From Obrimoposthia wandeli (lineage: Eukaryota): a stretch of DNA of 64,000 bases. The notes below the pieces were generated by a model. It searched no databases and was not told the DNA's origin. It saw only the letters and a program-made list of their open reading frames with translations. Both the position numbers and the translations under genes were made by a program. The stretch covers positions 1,426,001 through 1,490,000 of the forward strand of contig CDROCS010000506.1 of NCBI GenBank assembly GCA_977020255.1. Direction: 5' to 3'. The stretch's first letter is position 1, and each line of letters begins with the position of its first letter. This document shows positions 43,644 through 55,436 of the stretch, one piece after another.

Positions 43644-44999
43644 TTATAAACGAGCGAAGTCATTAAATAAGGCAAGTCCCGTTAATAGCATAATAATGAC
43701 TGAACCGATTTTAAAACCAAACTCTTGGACCTTTTCAGATACAGGTCGACCGGTAAGAAGTTCAAATGTGTAATACATTAGATGGCCACCATCTAATACT
43801 GGCAGTGGCATTAAATTCATTAAGCCTAAATTAACACTAATCAAGGCTAGAAAACCTAAGAAATAAACTAAACCATAGTCAGCACTAGCGCCCGCACTTT
43901 TGGCAATTGAAATCGGTCCACTTAAATTGTTTAGTGAAATATCACCAGTCACTAAACGGCCAATCATCTTAAAAGTAAGCGCAGTTAACTGCCAAGTACG
44001 CTCAACCGATTGTTGAACTGAATCTAGAATACCATATTGAATATCAACAAGATAATCTTCAGGATAACTGGCAACAACAGGCGCAACGCCTAAATAACCT
44101 TTGAATGAACCATCAGAGCCAGTTTTGCCTTTTGGTGTCATCGATAATTCTAATTGTTGGCCATTACGCAATATACTTACCGCTAATGTTTGATCTGGGC
44201 TATTTTGTACTTTCTCTACCAACATCATCCAACTATCAATTGGTTGCTGTGCAATGGCAATAATTTTGTCACCTGCGAGCAGGCCCGCTTCTTCACCCGC
44301 ACCACCTTTAATAACTTCAGCCAATTCTTGGCTCACGGCTGGACGATAAGGCGTTAAGCCCATGCTAGTGATCGGTGATTCACGTTCCGGATCAAACTGC
44401 CATTCACGCAGATCTACTTGTCGAGAAACCGTATAGTTCGTATCCTCGAGGTATAACTGCATCACCATTGAAGGTTCGCCCATATGCTCAATAAGTTTCA
44501 GACTAACGTCATTCCAATCTTGAACATTTTGACCATCGATCGCGGTAATAATGGCTTTATTTGTGACGCCAGCATCAGCCATAACAGAATGCGGGGCAAC
44601 ATCGCCAATCACAGGTTTTACGCTCGGCACACCAATCATGAACATGAACCAAAAAGCCACAATAGCCAATGCAAAGTTAGCTAGAGGTCCCGCTGCCACA
44701 ATAGCGATCCGTGCTAATACCGATTTACGGTTAAACGCTTGTGATTTTAATTCTTCAGGTACGTCATCAACACGCTCATCCAGCATTTTGACGAAACCAC
44801 CTAAAGGTATCATTGCTATCGCATATTCAGTGCCGTCTTTGCCGGTACGCATCCAGATTGTTTTACCAAAACCAATCGAAAAACGTAATACTTTAACGCC
44901 ACAACGACGTGCGACCCAAAAATGACCAAATTCGTGTATAGCAACTAAAATGCCTAGGGCAACAATAAATGCACCTAGATTCCATAGAGACGATATCAT
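43644..44999 (-). CDS. rseP: Intramembrane metalloprotease RseP
   Basis: HEFGH, PDZ domains, [11 protein letters not shown]. Confidence 0.97.
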   Translation of the reverse strand: MISSLWNLGAFIVALGILVAIHEFGHFWVARRCGVKVLRFSIGFGKTIWMRTGKDGTEYAIAMIPLGGFVKMLDERVDDVPEELKSQAFNRKSVLARIAIVAAGPLANFALAIVAFWFMFMIGVPSVKPVIGDVAPHSVMADAGVTNKAIITAIDGQNVQDWNDVSLKLIEHMGEPSMVMQLYLEDTNYTVSRQVDLREWQFDPERESPITSMGLTPYRPAVSQELAEVIKGGAGEEAGLLAGDKIIAIAQQPIDSWMMLVEKVQNSPDQTLAVSILRNGQQLELSMTPKGKTGSDGSFKGYLGVAPVVASYPEDYLVDIQYGILDSVQQSVERTWQLTALTFKMIGRLVTGDISLNNLSGPISIAKSAGASADYGLVYFLGFLALISVNLGLMNLMPLPVLDGGHLMYYTFELLTGRPVSEKVQEFGFKIGSVIIMLLTGLALFNDFARL

Positions 45000-46192
45000 T
45001 TTGTTACTCTGCTTATTGTTTGTTGGGCGTCAATTCGCGCCATTGCATCAATATCAATCAATGCAGCAATACTGTTTGCTTCAGAAATAGTTAAACGTTC
45101 CAAAACGGTGGAATTTACACGTGCGATATCTGTGAAACCAATTTGTCCGGTTAAGAAAGCATCGACCGCTATTTCATTTGCAGCGTTTAACGTTGTTGTG
45201 GCCGCTTGACCTTGGTAACAAGCATCAATGGCTAATTTCAAACAAGGATAACGCGCATAATCAGGTTTCAAGAAAGTCAGTTCACCCATTTCGAAAAAAT
45301 CTAATGGTTTAACACCTGAAGGTATGCGTTTTGGATAGGCCATCGCGTGCGCAATTGGCGTACACATATCCGGTTCACCCATTTGGGCTAATACTGAACC
45401 GTCGGTATATTGCACCATAGAATGGATAACAGATTGGGGATGGATAACAACTTGGATTTGAGATTCATCGGCATTGAATAGCCACTTAGCTTCAATATAC
45501 TCCAAGCCTTTATTCATCATAGTCGCAGAATCAACCGAGATTTTCTGGCCCATAGACCAGTTAGGATGTGCACAAGCTTGCGCTGGTGTCACAGCAGCCA
45601 AGTCAGCAATATTACTATAGCGGAATGGGCCGCCAGATCCAGTTAACAAGATCTTACTGATACCTTCAGCAACCAAATCACAAAAACCGAGGTTGCTTTG
45701 CACTGCTAAAGGCATCGCTTGGAATATGGCATTGTGTTCACTATCAATCGGCAATAGCTCCGCGCCGCTGGCTTTTACTTCTTCCATAAATAAAGCACCA
45801 GACATCACCAACGCTTCTTTATTTGCCAGTAAAATACGTTTGCCCGCACGCACAGCGGCTAAGGTTGGCATCAGTCCAGCTGCACCAACAATCGCAGCCA
45901 TGACCATATCACTCTCATCAAGCGCAGCGACCTGACATAAAGCATCCATACCCGATAATACTTCAGTAGAACAGTTAAGTGATTTTAGTTGTTGCGCTAG
46001 CTGGCCGGCAGCAACGTCATTAAGCATCACTGCATAGCAAGGTTTAAACTCCAAACATTGCGCTAGCATCTCAGTGACATTACTATTAGCGGTTAAAGCC
46101 TGTACCCGAAAGCGCTCAGGATTTTGACGAATAACTGCAAGGGTACTTTTACCTATCGAGCCGGTTGCACCCAGTATCGTTAATCCAATCAC
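44996..46192 (-). CDS. dxr: DXP reductoisomerase
   Basis: [42 protein letters not shown]. Confidence 0.98.
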   Translation of the reverse strand: MIGLTILGATGSIGKSTLAVIRQNPERFRVQALTANSNVTEMLAQCLEFKPCYAVMLNDVAAGQLAQQLKSLNCSTEVLSGMDALCQVAALDESDMVMAAIVGAAGLMPTLAAVRAGKRILLANKEALVMSGALFMEEVKASGAELLPIDSEHNAIFQAMPLAVQSNLGFCDLVAEGISKILLTGSGGPFRYSNIADLAAVTPAQACAHPNWSMGQKISVDSATMMNKGLEYIEAKWLFNADESQIQVVIHPQSVIHSMVQYTDGSVLAQMGEPDMCTPIAHAMAYPKRIPSGVKPLDFFEMGELTFLKPDYARYPCLKLAIDACYQGQAATTTLNAANEIAVDAFLTGQIGFTDIARVNSTVLERLTISEANSIAALIDIDAMARIDAQQTISRVTK

Positions 46193-46204
46193 AATAACGC
46201 TCCC

Positions 46205-47101
46205 TTAAAAACAAACTAAATAAATAACCGCAAATACCGGTAATGCTGCCGTTAAGCTATCGATGCGATCTAAAATACCACCGTGACCAGGCAATAACGT
46301 TCCACTGTCTTTTACCCCTGCTTCACGTTTGAACATACTCTCGTTAAGATCACCTAATGTAGATGATATTGAAGTAACGAAACACGTGAACAAAACTATG
46401 ACAAGCTTGGTGCTATCAAGTTCCCCTGAAGGTGAAACAGCCATCACAACCGCAGCAATTAGTGCAATAATCATCGACACAGCAACACCACCAAGAAAGC
46501 CTTCTCGCGTTTTCCCAGGGCTTACTTTAGGTGCTAATTTGTTCTTACCAAATTTCTTACCGGTAAAATAAGCACCGGAATCAGCGCCCCACACTAAGAA
46601 CATGACCAGCATCACTAACCATGCACCAGACTGTTGGTCATGGGCATAATCAAAAGAACGCAGTGCTAACATCGCCCAGAAAAATGGTACTAATGTCACA
46701 ATACCAAAGACGACTTTAACTAACGTATTCTTGGTCCATGCCTTTGCACTATTAGGATAAGTTAATACTAACCCTGCACAAATCACCCACCAGATAGCGC
46801 CAATACTTAAAATAGCACTGACTAAAGGAACTAAAACAATTTCACCATCACTTACATGCCAGATATTACGTACATCTGGTGGTATAACTAATAATGACGC
46901 ACCCAAAATAAGTGAATAACCGACAATCAGGGCATTTGGTAATTTAGTATTGTTTTTATCAACCAATACAGCCCACTCTTTCGTTGCTAAGATAAAAACA
47001 CCGGCGATAGCTAGTGCATACCATTGCAGCGGTAACAGAAAGATAGCGGCAAGCGCTAATGGTGCTAAAATTAATGCGGTGGTAATTCGTTGCTTAAGCA
47101 A
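46205..47101 (-). CDS. cdsA: Phosphatidate cytidylyltransferase
   Basis: MLKQRI, WGADSGAY, SPGKT, KDSGTLLPGHGGILDRIDS. Confidence 0.97.
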   Translation of the reverse strand: MLKQRITTALILAPLALAAIFLLPLQWYALAIAGVFILATKEWAVLVDKNNTKLPNALIVGYSLILGASLLVIPPDVRNIWHVSDGEIVLVPLVSAILSIGAIWWVICAGLVLTYPNSAKAWTKNTLVKVVFGIVTLVPFFWAMLALRSFDYAHDQQSGAWLVMLVMFLVWGADSGAYFTGKKFGKNKLAPKVSPGKTREGFLGGVAVSMIIALIAAVVMAVSPSGELDSTKLVIVLFTCFVTSISSTLGDLNESMFKREAGVKDSGTLLPGHGGILDRIDSLTAALPVFAVIYLVCF

Positions 47102-47157
47102 AAGTTGTTCTCCTATTGAAAAACATTCAGATAATATCTAAATGTTTATATATGTTT

Positions 47158-47928
47158 TTATTGCTGTTTCGTTAAGATCGCTCGAATTTGAGCGCCAGTA
47201 CCGCCAAAACGACGTTCTCTGTTTACAAAGTTAAAGATGGCATCTTCAAAAGCGGCGCTATCAAAGTCAGGCCACAAGGTATCCGTAAATAATAATTCTG
47301 CATACGCGAGTTGCCACAACAAAAAGTTACTAATGCGGTGGTCACCACCAGTACGGATCATCAAATCAACTGGAGATTGATCGGCCATGGCAATATGTTG
47401 CCCAAGCATTTTATCATCAATCTCATCAATACTCATGGCACCGGTTTTAACCGCGATAGCAATCTGTTTAGCCGCATTGGCAATATCCGATTGACCGCCA
47501 TAGTTAGCTGCAATATTGAGCGTAAGTTTAGTGTTATCACGTGTTAACGTTTCAGCTTCAGTGATTTTGGCTTGAATAGCAGAACTAAATGCAGAGATGT
47601 CGCCGATAATTTTTAGGCGAATTTGATTTTTGTGTAACTTCTTAACTTCTCGCGTCAGTACTGTCATGAATAATTTCATTAACACACTAACTTCAGCTTC
47701 CGGACGACGCCAATTTTCGCTACTAAACGCAAATAACGTTAACGATTCAATCCCCATAGCTAATGCACTACTTACAACTTGACGAACAGACTTAACACCT
47801 TCATGGTGGCCCTTAACACGTATTTTGCCACGCTGTTCAGCCCAACGGCCATTGCCATCCATAATGATTGCAACATGCTTAGGTTTCGAGTCATTAACTA
47901 ACGCTTCGAGTTCGCTTGAGTTTACCAT
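47158..47928 (-). CDS. uppS: Undecaprenyl diphosphate synthase
   Basis: [33 protein letters not shown]. Confidence 0.97.
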   Translation of the reverse strand: MVNSSELEALVNDSKPKHVAIIMDGNGRWAEQRGKIRVKGHHEGVKSVRQVVSSALAMGIESLTLFAFSSENWRRPEAEVSVLMKLFMTVLTREVKKLHKNQIRLKIIGDISAFSSAIQAKITEAETLTRDNTKLTLNIAANYGGQSDIANAAKQIAIAVKTGAMSIDEIDDKMLGQHIAMADQSPVDLMIRTGGDHRISNFLLWQLAYAELLFTDTLWPDFDSAAFEDAIFNFVNRERRFGGTGAQIRAILTKQQ

Positions 47929-47997
47929 TACTGTCTTTATCCATTAAAAATTAAAACGCCGCATCAATATACGGCGTCTTAAAAAGCATAATCGGAA

Positions 47998-48555
47998 TTA
48001 CACTTCCATTAGGTCTTTTTCTTTGTCTGCTAAGATCGTATCAACTTGCTTGATATTAACATCAGTCATTTTTTGAATTTCGTCTTGTGCGCGGCGATCA
48101 TCATCTTCACCGATTTCTTTTTCTTTTAATAGCCCTTTGATGTCACCGTTTGCATCACGACGGATGTTACGAATAGCAACACGGCATTGTTCAGTATCAG
48201 CACGTACAACTTTGATTAAGCTCTTACGACGTTCTTCAGTTAGCGCAGGTAATGGAATACGGATATTCGTACCAGCAGACTGAGGGTTAAGACCCAAATC
48301 AGACGACATGATTGCTTTTTCTACTGCTTTTACCATCGTAGCATCAAATACTGTGATGCTTAATGTACGAGAATCTTCAGTACCTATGTTACCAATTTGG
48401 TTAAGTGGTGTGTTTGCACCATAGTAAGATACTGTAATACCATTTAGGATACTTGGGTGTGCACGGCCTGTACGTACTTTAGATAATTGGCCTTTCAGTG
48501 CTTCGATAGTTTTGCCCATACGGGTCTGAGCGTCATCTTTAATTTCGTTGATCAC
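47998..48555 (-). CDS. frr: Ribosome recycling factor
   Basis: [26 protein letters not shown]. Confidence 0.98.
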   Translation of the reverse strand: MINEIKDDAQTRMGKTIEALKGQLSKVRTGRAHPSILNGITVSYYGANTPLNQIGNIGTEDSRTLSITVFDATMVKAVEKAIMSSDLGLNPQSAGTNIRIPLPALTEERRKSLIKVVRADTEQCRVAIRNIRRDANGDIKGLLKEKEIGEDDDRRAQDEIQKMTDVNIKQVDTILADKEKDLMEV

Positions 48556-48706
48556 AACGTCTTCCTTAAATTTATTGGCAGTACAAACACTGCTTTAACT
48601 ATGATAATTAACTGACATAGTGTAAATCAATTCAATTTAGAGGTCTTGTTATAATCCCTCTAAACTTTAAACTATTGTATTTATTTACTGAAATTGGGAC
48701 TCAGTT

Positions 48707-49447
48707 TTATTTCTTTGCTGCATTTGAAATCAATGTGCCTTCAGCTTCGCCCATAATAACACGGCGTAAAGCACCTGGCTTAGTCATGTTAAATACACGC
48801 ATCGGTAAATTATGATCGCGCGCCATAGTGAATGCAGATAGATCCATGATTTTAAGTTCTTTTTCTACAACTTCACGATATTCAAGCGTATCGTAAAATT
48901 CAGCATTTGGATTTTTAACTGGATCTTCAGAATATACACCATCAACTTTTGTTGCTTTCAATACGATGTCAGCTTCAATCTCGATACCACGTAAACACGC
49001 AGCAGAGTCAGTTGTACAGAATGGGTTACCTGTACCAGCAGAGAAAATTACTACTCGGCCAGTTTTTAAAAGGCTAATTGCTTCAGCCCAGTTGTAGCTG
49101 TCACATACGCCACGTAATTCAATTGCAGACATTAAACGAGCATTCACATAAGCACGGTGTAGTGCATCACGCATTGCTAAGCCATTCATCACAGTTGCTA
49201 ACATGCCCATGTGATCGCCCACTACACGGTTCATACCCGCTTCAGCAAGACCTGCACCACGGAATAAGTTACCGCCACCAATAACCAAACCAACTTGAAC
49301 ACCTAACTCAACAATTTCTTTAATCTCTTGCGCCATGCGATCTAAAACTTTAGGGTCAATACCAAAGCTTTCTTCTCCCATTAGAGCTTCACCGCTAAGT
49401 TTTAATAGAATACGACGATATGCAGGTTTTGGGTTGGTAGTCATCAT
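48707..49447 (-). CDS. pyrH: UMP kinase
   Basis: [28 protein letters not shown]. Confidence 0.98.
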   Translation of the reverse strand: MMTTNPKPAYRRILLKLSGEALMGEESFGIDPKVLDRMAQEIKEIVELGVQVGLVIGGGNLFRGAGLAEAGMNRVVGDHMGMLATVMNGLAMRDALHRAYVNARLMSAIELRGVCDSYNWAEAISLLKTGRVVIFSAGTGNPFCTTDSAACLRGIEIEADIVLKATKVDGVYSEDPVKNPNAEFYDTLEYREVVEKELKIMDLSAFTMARDHNLPMRVFNMTKPGALRRVIMGEAEGTLISNAAKK

Positions 49448-49521
49448 GATCTCTTTATCCTAATTGTGGAAAAACCGCAGCCTAAGCCGCGGTCTATATT
49501 AAATCTTCAGCAATAATTAAA

Positions 49522-50400
49522 TTATGCTTTTTTTGCTGCTGCTACTGTAGCTGCAACTTCAGCTGCGAAATCATCTTCAGCTTTTTCGATGCCTTCACCA
49601 ACTTCGATACGGATGAAGTTTAAAACGTCAGCGCCTTCTTCTTTAAGAAGTTGACCAACAGTTTTTGAAGGTTCCATGATGAAAGCTTGACCTGTAAGGC
49701 TAACTTCACCAGTGAATTTCTTCATACGACCAACAACCATTTTCTCAGCGATTTCTTGTGGTTTGCCACTGTTCACTGCGATTTCGATTTGGATCGCTTT
49801 TTCTTTTTCAACAACTGAAGCAGGTACATCTTCAGGTTTAACGAATTCTGGCTTAGCTGCTGCTACGTGCATAGCAAGTTTCTTAGCTAGTTCTTCGTCA
49901 CCGCCTTTAAGTACAGTAACAACACCGATAGTGCCACCGTGTACGTATGCAGCTAGGTTATCACCTTTAACTACAACAGAACGACGAACGTTGATGTTTT
50001 CGCCGATTTTAGCGATTAAGTTAGCACGTGCTTCTTCAACTGTAAGTTCAGCATCGAATTTAGCAGCTAGTAGCGCTTCAGCAGAATCGAATTCGCCAGC
50101 GTGAGCAACTTCAACAACTTGGTTAGCAAATGCTAGGAAGCTTGCATCTTTTGCTACGAAATCTGTTTCTGAGTTGATTTCAACTAGAACAGCAACGCCG
50201 TTAGCAACTTTAGTTTTAACAACGCCTTCAGCAGCAATACGACCAGCTTTTTTAGCCGCTTTAACAGCGCCTGATTTACGCATGTTCTCGATTGCTAATT
50301 CCATGTCGCCTTCAGCAGCAACAAGCGCTTTTTTACAATCCATCATGCCTGCAGCTGTACGTTCGCGCAGTTCTTTAACCATTGCAGCAGTAATTGCCAT
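49522..50400 (-). CDS. tsf: Elongation factor Ts
   Basis: [21 protein letters not shown]; ATG at 50400 behind a GAGG SD. Confidence 0.98.
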   Translation of the reverse strand: MAITAAMVKELRERTAAGMMDCKKALVAAEGDMELAIENMRKSGAVKAAKKAGRIAAEGVVKTKVANGVAVLVEINSETDFVAKDASFLAFANQVVEVAHAGEFDSAEALLAAKFDAELTVEEARANLIAKIGENINVRRSVVVKGDNLAAYVHGGTIGVVTVLKGGDEELAKKLAMHVAAAKPEFVKPEDVPASVVEKEKAIQIEIAVNSGKPQEIAEKMVVGRMKKFTGEVSLTGQAFIMEPSKTVGQLLKEEGADVLNFIRIEVGEGIEKAEDDFAAEVAATVAAAKKA

Positions 50401-50424
50401 GGGTAATTTCCTCAATTTCTATAC

Positions 50425-50453
50425 AAAAAAAAACAGGAGCCATATGGCTCCTG
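50425..50453 (-). terminator. rpsB-tsf intergenic terminator/attenuator
   Basis: CAGGAGCCATATGGCTCCTG followed by 9 T on the minus strand. Confidence 0.85.
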
Positions 50454-50508
50454 CTAACTAAATAGTGCACTTAGTTAATAAGAGCATCGATTAAATCGAA
50501 AAGCTTTA

Positions 50509-51237
50509 TTATTTAGCTTCTTCGATGAAGTCGCTTTCAGCTTGTGCAGCGATGTCTTGATTACGGCCTTCATTTACAGTTGCTGCAACAGCACCCGCAT
50601 AAAGTTTGATAGCACGGATCGCATCATCGTTACCAGGTACAACGAAATCAATGTTGTCTGGGTTTGAGTTTGTATCAACAATAGCTACTACTGGGATACC
50701 TAGGTTGTTAGCTTCTTTAATAGCGATGTGCTCGTGGTCAGCATCGATTACGAAGATAACGTCAGGTAAACCGCCCATAGTTTTGATACCACCAAGGCTT
50801 TTCTCTAGTTTTTCCATTTCACGAGTGTTCATTAGAGCTTCTTTCTTAGTAAGTTGCTCGAATGTACCGTCTTGTGCTTGTGCTTCTAGAGTAGTTAGAC
50901 GTTTGATAGATTGACGAACTGTTTTCCAGTTAGTCAACATACCACCTAACCAGCGGTGATCAACGTAGAACTGGTCACATGAGATTGCAGCTTCTTTGAT
51001 TGTTTCGCCAGCAGCTTTCTTAGTACCAACAAAAAGAACTTTACCTTTTTTGTCTGCAACGTTCTTGATGAAACCAAGAGCTTCGTTGAACATAGGTACA
51101 GTTTGTTCTAAGTTGATGATATGTACTTTACTACGAGCACCAAAGATGTATTGCTTCATCTTTGGGTTCCAGTAACGAGTTTGGTGTCCGAAGTGAACAC
51201 CTGCTTGTAGCATATCGCGCATTGATACAGTAGCCAT
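50509..51237 (-). CDS. rpsB: 30S ribosomal protein S2
   Basis: [27 protein letters not shown]; the true ATG is 51237. Confidence 0.98.
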   Translation of the reverse strand: MATVSMRDMLQAGVHFGHQTRYWNPKMKQYIFGARSKVHIINLEQTVPMFNEALGFIKNVADKKGKVLFVGTKKAAGETIKEAAISCDQFYVDHRWLGGMLTNWKTVRQSIKRLTTLEAQAQDGTFEQLTKKEALMNTREMEKLEKSLGGIKTMGGLPDVIFVIDADHEHIAIKEANNLGIPVVAIVDTNSNPDNIDFVVPGNDDAIRAIKLYAGAVAATVNEGRNQDIAAQAESDFIEEAK

Positions 51238-51441
51238 TATAAATTTCCTTTGTTTGTATGGGGTTAGGCCTCCACACATCCCATTTTTTCGACCTTTACC
51301 TCTAAATAATCGCTAAAAATCAAGCCATTATCAAACAAAGCAAAAGCACCCCGACAAATGTGACGATGTGTGTGTGATTTATATAAAATATGTGTGTATG
51401 AAGTTTTCCAAACAACCTGTAACAGTAATTTGTTAATTCAT
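51238..51441 (-). ncRNA. rpsB 5' leader (t44 / S2 autogenous operator)
   Basis: Conserved blocks CACACAC..CACAT..CGGGGTGC (51346-51376) and ATGGGATGTGTGGAGGCCTAACCCC (51260-51284); ends approximate. Confidence 0.8.
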
Positions 51442-51442
51442 T

Positions 51443-51458
51443 GCGCGCTTTATACCAT
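51443..51458 (-). promoter_or_regulatory. rpsB extended -10 promoter with GC discriminator
   Basis: ATGGTATAAAGCGCGC, matching the gammaproteobacterial rpsB promoter pattern. Confidence 0.8.
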
Positions 51459-51727
51459 ATACAGATAAATAGCACAAATTTTGTAGTGTGATTTTTTGCT
51501 CTTTACGCCGTCAAAAAACACTTATTATTGGCTTTATTCTAACGCCATATAGTAATTATTCTGGCCTGTAAATAAATTTTTTACAGCGAGTAAATGCCAG
51601 TAAAACCGTTATAAATAGCCAACCATGGCTAATGGAGCTTTGAATTACAAAAAAATTTATGCTTATCACTCGCATTAGCGTTACAATATAGCCATAAACA
51701 AAACACCTATAATATGAAGAGTGAAAA

Positions 51728-52567
51728 ATGAGCGTAATCATTAAAACTGAAGAGCAAATCGAAAAAATGCGTGTTGCAGGTCGTCTAGCAGCACAAGTAC
51801 TAGAAATGATCGAACCGTTTGTAGTTGCCGGAGTGACCACTCAGGAATTAAATGATCGTTGTCATGAATTCACTTTAGCAAATGACGCATTATCAGCACC
51901 GTTGTTTTACCCAAGCTACGATGAAAATGATGATACTGCATTTCCAAAATCAATCTGCACATCAATCAACACCGTTGTTTGCCACGGTGTGCCTGATGAA
52001 CGTCCACTAGAAGATGGTGATATTCTTAATATGGATATCACCGTGATCAAAAATGGTTTTCACGGCGATACATCGAAAATGTTTTTCATCGGTGAAGTAT
52101 CTCCACGTGATAAGCAATTATGTCGCATCTCACAAGAAGCACTCTATGAAGGTTTACGCCAAGTAAAACCCGGTGCTCGTTTAAGCCGTATTGGTGAAAT
52201 CATTGAGAAAAAAATCAAAGCGCATAATAAAGCGAACCCGACACGTAAATACTCAATTGTAGAAGAATACTGTGGTCATGGCATCGGTGACAAGTTCCAT
52301 GAAGAACCACAAGTATTACATTACAAATCTCGCTTCAACGAGAGCAATCAGAACCTAGTGCTTAAAGAAGGCATGTGCTTCACGATTGAACCTATGATCA
52401 ACGCGGGTAAAAAACACAATGTAGTTGCTGATGATCATTGGACTGTATTAACCAAAGATAATAAAAATTCAGCACAATGGGAACACACGCTTGTGGTCAC
52501 CAAAGATGGCTGTGAAATCCTAACATTACGTGATGAAGAAACAATTCCACGTATCTTAAAAAATTAA
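51728..52567 (+). CDS. map: Methionine aminopeptidase type I
   Basis: CHGVP, DITV, HGDTS, GHGIG..FHEEP, FTIEPM, AQWEHT. Confidence 0.97.
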   Translation: MSVIIKTEEQIEKMRVAGRLAAQVLEMIEPFVVAGVTTQELNDRCHEFTLANDALSAPLFYPSYDENDDTAFPKSICTSINTVVCHGVPDERPLEDGDILNMDITVIKNGFHGDTSKMFFIGEVSPRDKQLCRISQEALYEGLRQVKPGARLSRIGEIIEKKIKAHNKANPTRKYSIVEEYCGHGIGDKFHEEPQVLHYKSRFNESNQNLVLKEGMCFTIEPMINAGKKHNVVADDHWTVLTKDNKNSAQWEHTLVVTKDGCEILTLRDEETIPRILKN

Positions 52568-52600
52568 TCATAGATAAACGCTAATTTATAATTAGTTACC

Positions 52601-52629
52601 ATGGGAACAGCGCCTGCTGTTCCCATTTT
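52601..52629 (+). terminator. Intrinsic terminator after map
   Basis: ATGGGAACAGC-GCCT-GCTGTTCCCAT followed by TTTT. Confidence 0.8.
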
Positions 52630-52655
52630 TCTATCGAACTCCAGGAAGGCGTCGT

Positions 52656-55271
52656 ATGGATACAACTCAATATGTTCCCGCATTACTCTCGGATGAAGAG
52701 TTAACCCTTAGTCATTGTAAAACACACATGCAAGAGTTTCAGGCTTGGCTTGAACAGCGTTTCTTTGATGGTGATGATATTATTGCGTTAGTCTCTTGCC
52801 GCGCAGAATACATGGATCAATTGCTGAATCGCCTTTGGCAAAAGTTTACCCTGGCGACTCATCCTGAATTAGCACTGGTTGCCGTCGGCGGTTATGGCCG
52901 TGGCGAATTACATCCCAAATCAGACATCGATTTGTTGATCACCACGACATCAACGTTAACACCAGAGCAAGAGCAGGCAATATCGCTCTTTATCACCATG
53001 TTATGGGATCTACGCCTAGAAGTGGGCCACAGTGTTCGTACTATCGAAGAATGTTTAGAAAAAGGCTTAGGTGACATCACGATTGCGACAAACTTACTAG
53101 AGTCGCGCTTGATCACAGGGTCGGAAGACACTTACGCCCAGTTACAAGACATTATTAATCCGGAAACATTTTGGCCAAGCCAAGATTTCTTCCAAGCTAA
53201 ACATGAAGAACAGCTTGCTCGCCACCATCAATTCAAAGGTTCTTCATACAATTTAGAACCTGATTTAAAAAGCAGCCCTGGTGGATTACGCGATTTACAA
53301 ACTATTCTGTGGATCACCCGCCGTCATTTTGGTTCAAACAGTTTTTTAGAGTTAACCAACCATGGTTTTTTAACCAAAGGTGAATATCGCGAGCTGGAAG
53401 ATTGTCAGAACTTTTTATGGCGCGTCCGCTTTGCCTTGCATATTGGCTTAAAACGTTGTGATAACCGCCTGCTCTTCGACCGCCAAACAACCGTTGCTGA
53501 AGCGCTCGGTTATAGCGGTGACGGTAATCATGCTGTTGAAACCATGATGAAACAGTTTTACCAAACTATTCGTCGAGTCACCGAACTCAATGAAATGCTG
53601 CTACAGTTATTCAATCAAGCGATACTCGGGCACGTAGGCATGGATGTGCGTAACATCACCGCCGATTTCCGCCTTCGCGGTAGTCTTATAGATACCACCA
53701 GCACAGATCTATTTACGCGTCGCCCTGGTGCGATTATTGAATTATTTTGCCACATTGCTGATAACGAGCATATCACCGGTATTTATGCAGGTACGATACG
53801 TGAACTACGTGATGCCAGACGTAAACTGACCATGTGGTTAGAAGACATTCCCGAATGTCGTGAACAATTCATGCTTTTGCTTAAACATCCTAACGCCAGT
53901 GGTCTCGCGCTGACCTTAATGCATAAACATGGTGTCATTGCCGCTTACATTCCGCAGTGGAGTCGTATCCTCGGGCAGATGCAGTTTGATCTCTTCCATA
54001 ACTACACTGTAGACGAACACACCCATCGTTTAGTGAAGATTATTGATTCTTATAAACGCGATGAAACCAAAGAAACCCATCCACTGTGCTGTGAGATCTA
54101 TCCGCGTTTAGAAAAACCCGAATTGTTACTCATCGCGGCAATTTTTCATGACATAGGTAAAGGCCAAAAAGGTAATCACTCCGAAATTGGCGCCATTGAT
54201 GCTCGCGCATTTTGTAAAAAGCACGGTATTAACAAAGCCGACCGTAAACTCGTGGCGCGATTAGTAAAATATCATTTATTAATGTCTGTGACCGCGCAGC
54301 GTCGTGATATTCACGATCCTGAAATCATTACCGAATTTGCCCGCACCATAGGTGATCAAGAACACTTAAATTACCTCTACTGCCTCACTGTTGCTGATAT
54401 CTGCGCCACCAATGATACCTTATGGAATAACTGGAAAGGCTCACTGCTACGTGAATTATACTTCCTCACCCAGCAAGCACTGCGCCGTGGTTTAGAAAAC
54501 CCACAAGATGCTAAATTCAGGATCAAGAATAATAAAGACACTGCGTTGGCCTTTTTAGAAAATAGCAGCTTTAGTCTCGAGCAGATCCAAGCTTTGTGGA
54601 CGACATTCCGCTCTGAGTACTTTTTGCGTAATGATCCAAGTCAGATCTGTTGGCACACCACGGGGATTTTAAATCATCAAGATCCAAACAAGCCTTTGGT
54701 ACTAATAAGTCAAAACAGTACTCGCGGTGGTAATGAAGTATTTATCTATGCCAAAGAAAATAAACACCTGTTCGCCTCAGCGGTCTCTGCACTGGGTAAT
54801 AAATGTTTAAATATTCACGATGCCAAAATTACATCAAGCCGAAATGGTTATGTACTCGATAGCTTTGTGATCTTAGATCAAACCGGTGATACCCTCGCCC
54901 CTGATCGTGTATTCGCATTACAAGAATCATTAGAAACAGTGTTAACAGAAGCAAAAGCGCCAATATTAAGAAAGCAGCGTATTCCACGACAAATAAAACA
55001 ATTCTCAGTGAAAACTAAAGTTACATTTTTAGCCACGAAGAAAAAACGGACCTTTGTCGAAATCATTACTTTAGATACCCCTGGACTACTTGCGCGTATC
55101 AGCGCCATATTAAGCTCAGAAAATATCGTATTGCATAACGCTAAGATCTCAACTATTGGTGAGCGCGCAGAGGATTTCTTTATTATTTCTGGTAATAACA
55201 ATCAACCGTTATCACCAGAACAGCAAGCTGAATTACGCCACAATCTGATCACTGAATTGGCTGATAGCTAG
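52656..55271 (+). CDS. glnD: Uridylyltransferase/uridylyl-removing enzyme
   Basis: AVGGYGRGELHPKSDIDLL, LEPDLKSSPGGLRD, HD domain, two ACT domains ending GERAEDFF. Confidence 0.97.
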   Translation: MDTTQYVPALLSDEELTLSHCKTHMQEFQAWLEQRFFDGDDIIALVSCRAEYMDQLLNRLWQKFTLATHPELALVAVGGYGRGELHPKSDIDLLITTTSTLTPEQEQAISLFITMLWDLRLEVGHSVRTIEECLEKGLGDITIATNLLESRLITGSEDTYAQLQDIINPETFWPSQDFFQAKHEEQLARHHQFKGSSYNLEPDLKSSPGGLRDLQTILWITRRHFGSNSFLELTNHGFLTKGEYRELEDCQNFLWRVRFALHIGLKRCDNRLLFDRQTTVAEALGYSGDGNHAVETMMKQFYQTIRRVTELNEMLLQLFNQAILGHVGMDVRNITADFRLRGSLIDTTSTDLFTRRPGAIIELFCHIADNEHITGIYAGTIRELRDARRKLTMWLEDIPECREQFMLLLKHPNASGLALTLMHKHGVIAAYIPQWSRILGQMQFDLFHNYTVDEHTHRLVKIIDSYKRDETKETHPLCCEIYPRLEKPELLLIAAIFHDIGKGQKGNHSEIGAIDARAFCKKHGINKADRKLVARLVKYHLLMSVTAQRRDIHDPEIITEFARTIGDQEHLNYLYCLTVADICATNDTLWNNWKGSLLRELYFLTQQALRRGLENPQDAKFRIKNNKDTALAFLENSSFSLEQIQALWTTFRSEYFLRNDPSQICWHTTGILNHQDPNKPLVLISQNSTRGGNEVFIYAKENKHLFASAVSALGNKCLNIHDAKITSSRNGYVLDSFVILDQTGDTLAPDRVFALQESLETVLTEAKAPILRKQRIPRQIKQFSVKTKVTFLATKKKRTFVEIITLDTPGLLARISAILSSENIVLHNAKISTIGERAEDFFIISGNNNQPLSPEQQAELRHNLITELADS

Positions 55272-55436
55272 CTGACCGAAAAATAACAATCATCATTTTC
55301 TTTGAAACGACAAAGCTAAATGTGATAGAACTAACAGTAATATTTTATTATTTATAAAAATAAATAGAACAAAATACTCAGATCCGGCGTGATGTATGAA
55401 TATCACGCCCTTATTCTAAATGGAGATTTCTCAGCT

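Noticed and set aside
44996-48555. Gene order frr-uppS-cdsA-dxr-rseP differs from E. coli
   Set aside because: This is the usual order in Vibrionales and Alteromonadales.
50425-50453. Strong terminator inside the rpsB-tsf operon
   Set aside because: An equivalent attenuator is known between rpsB and tsf in E. coli.
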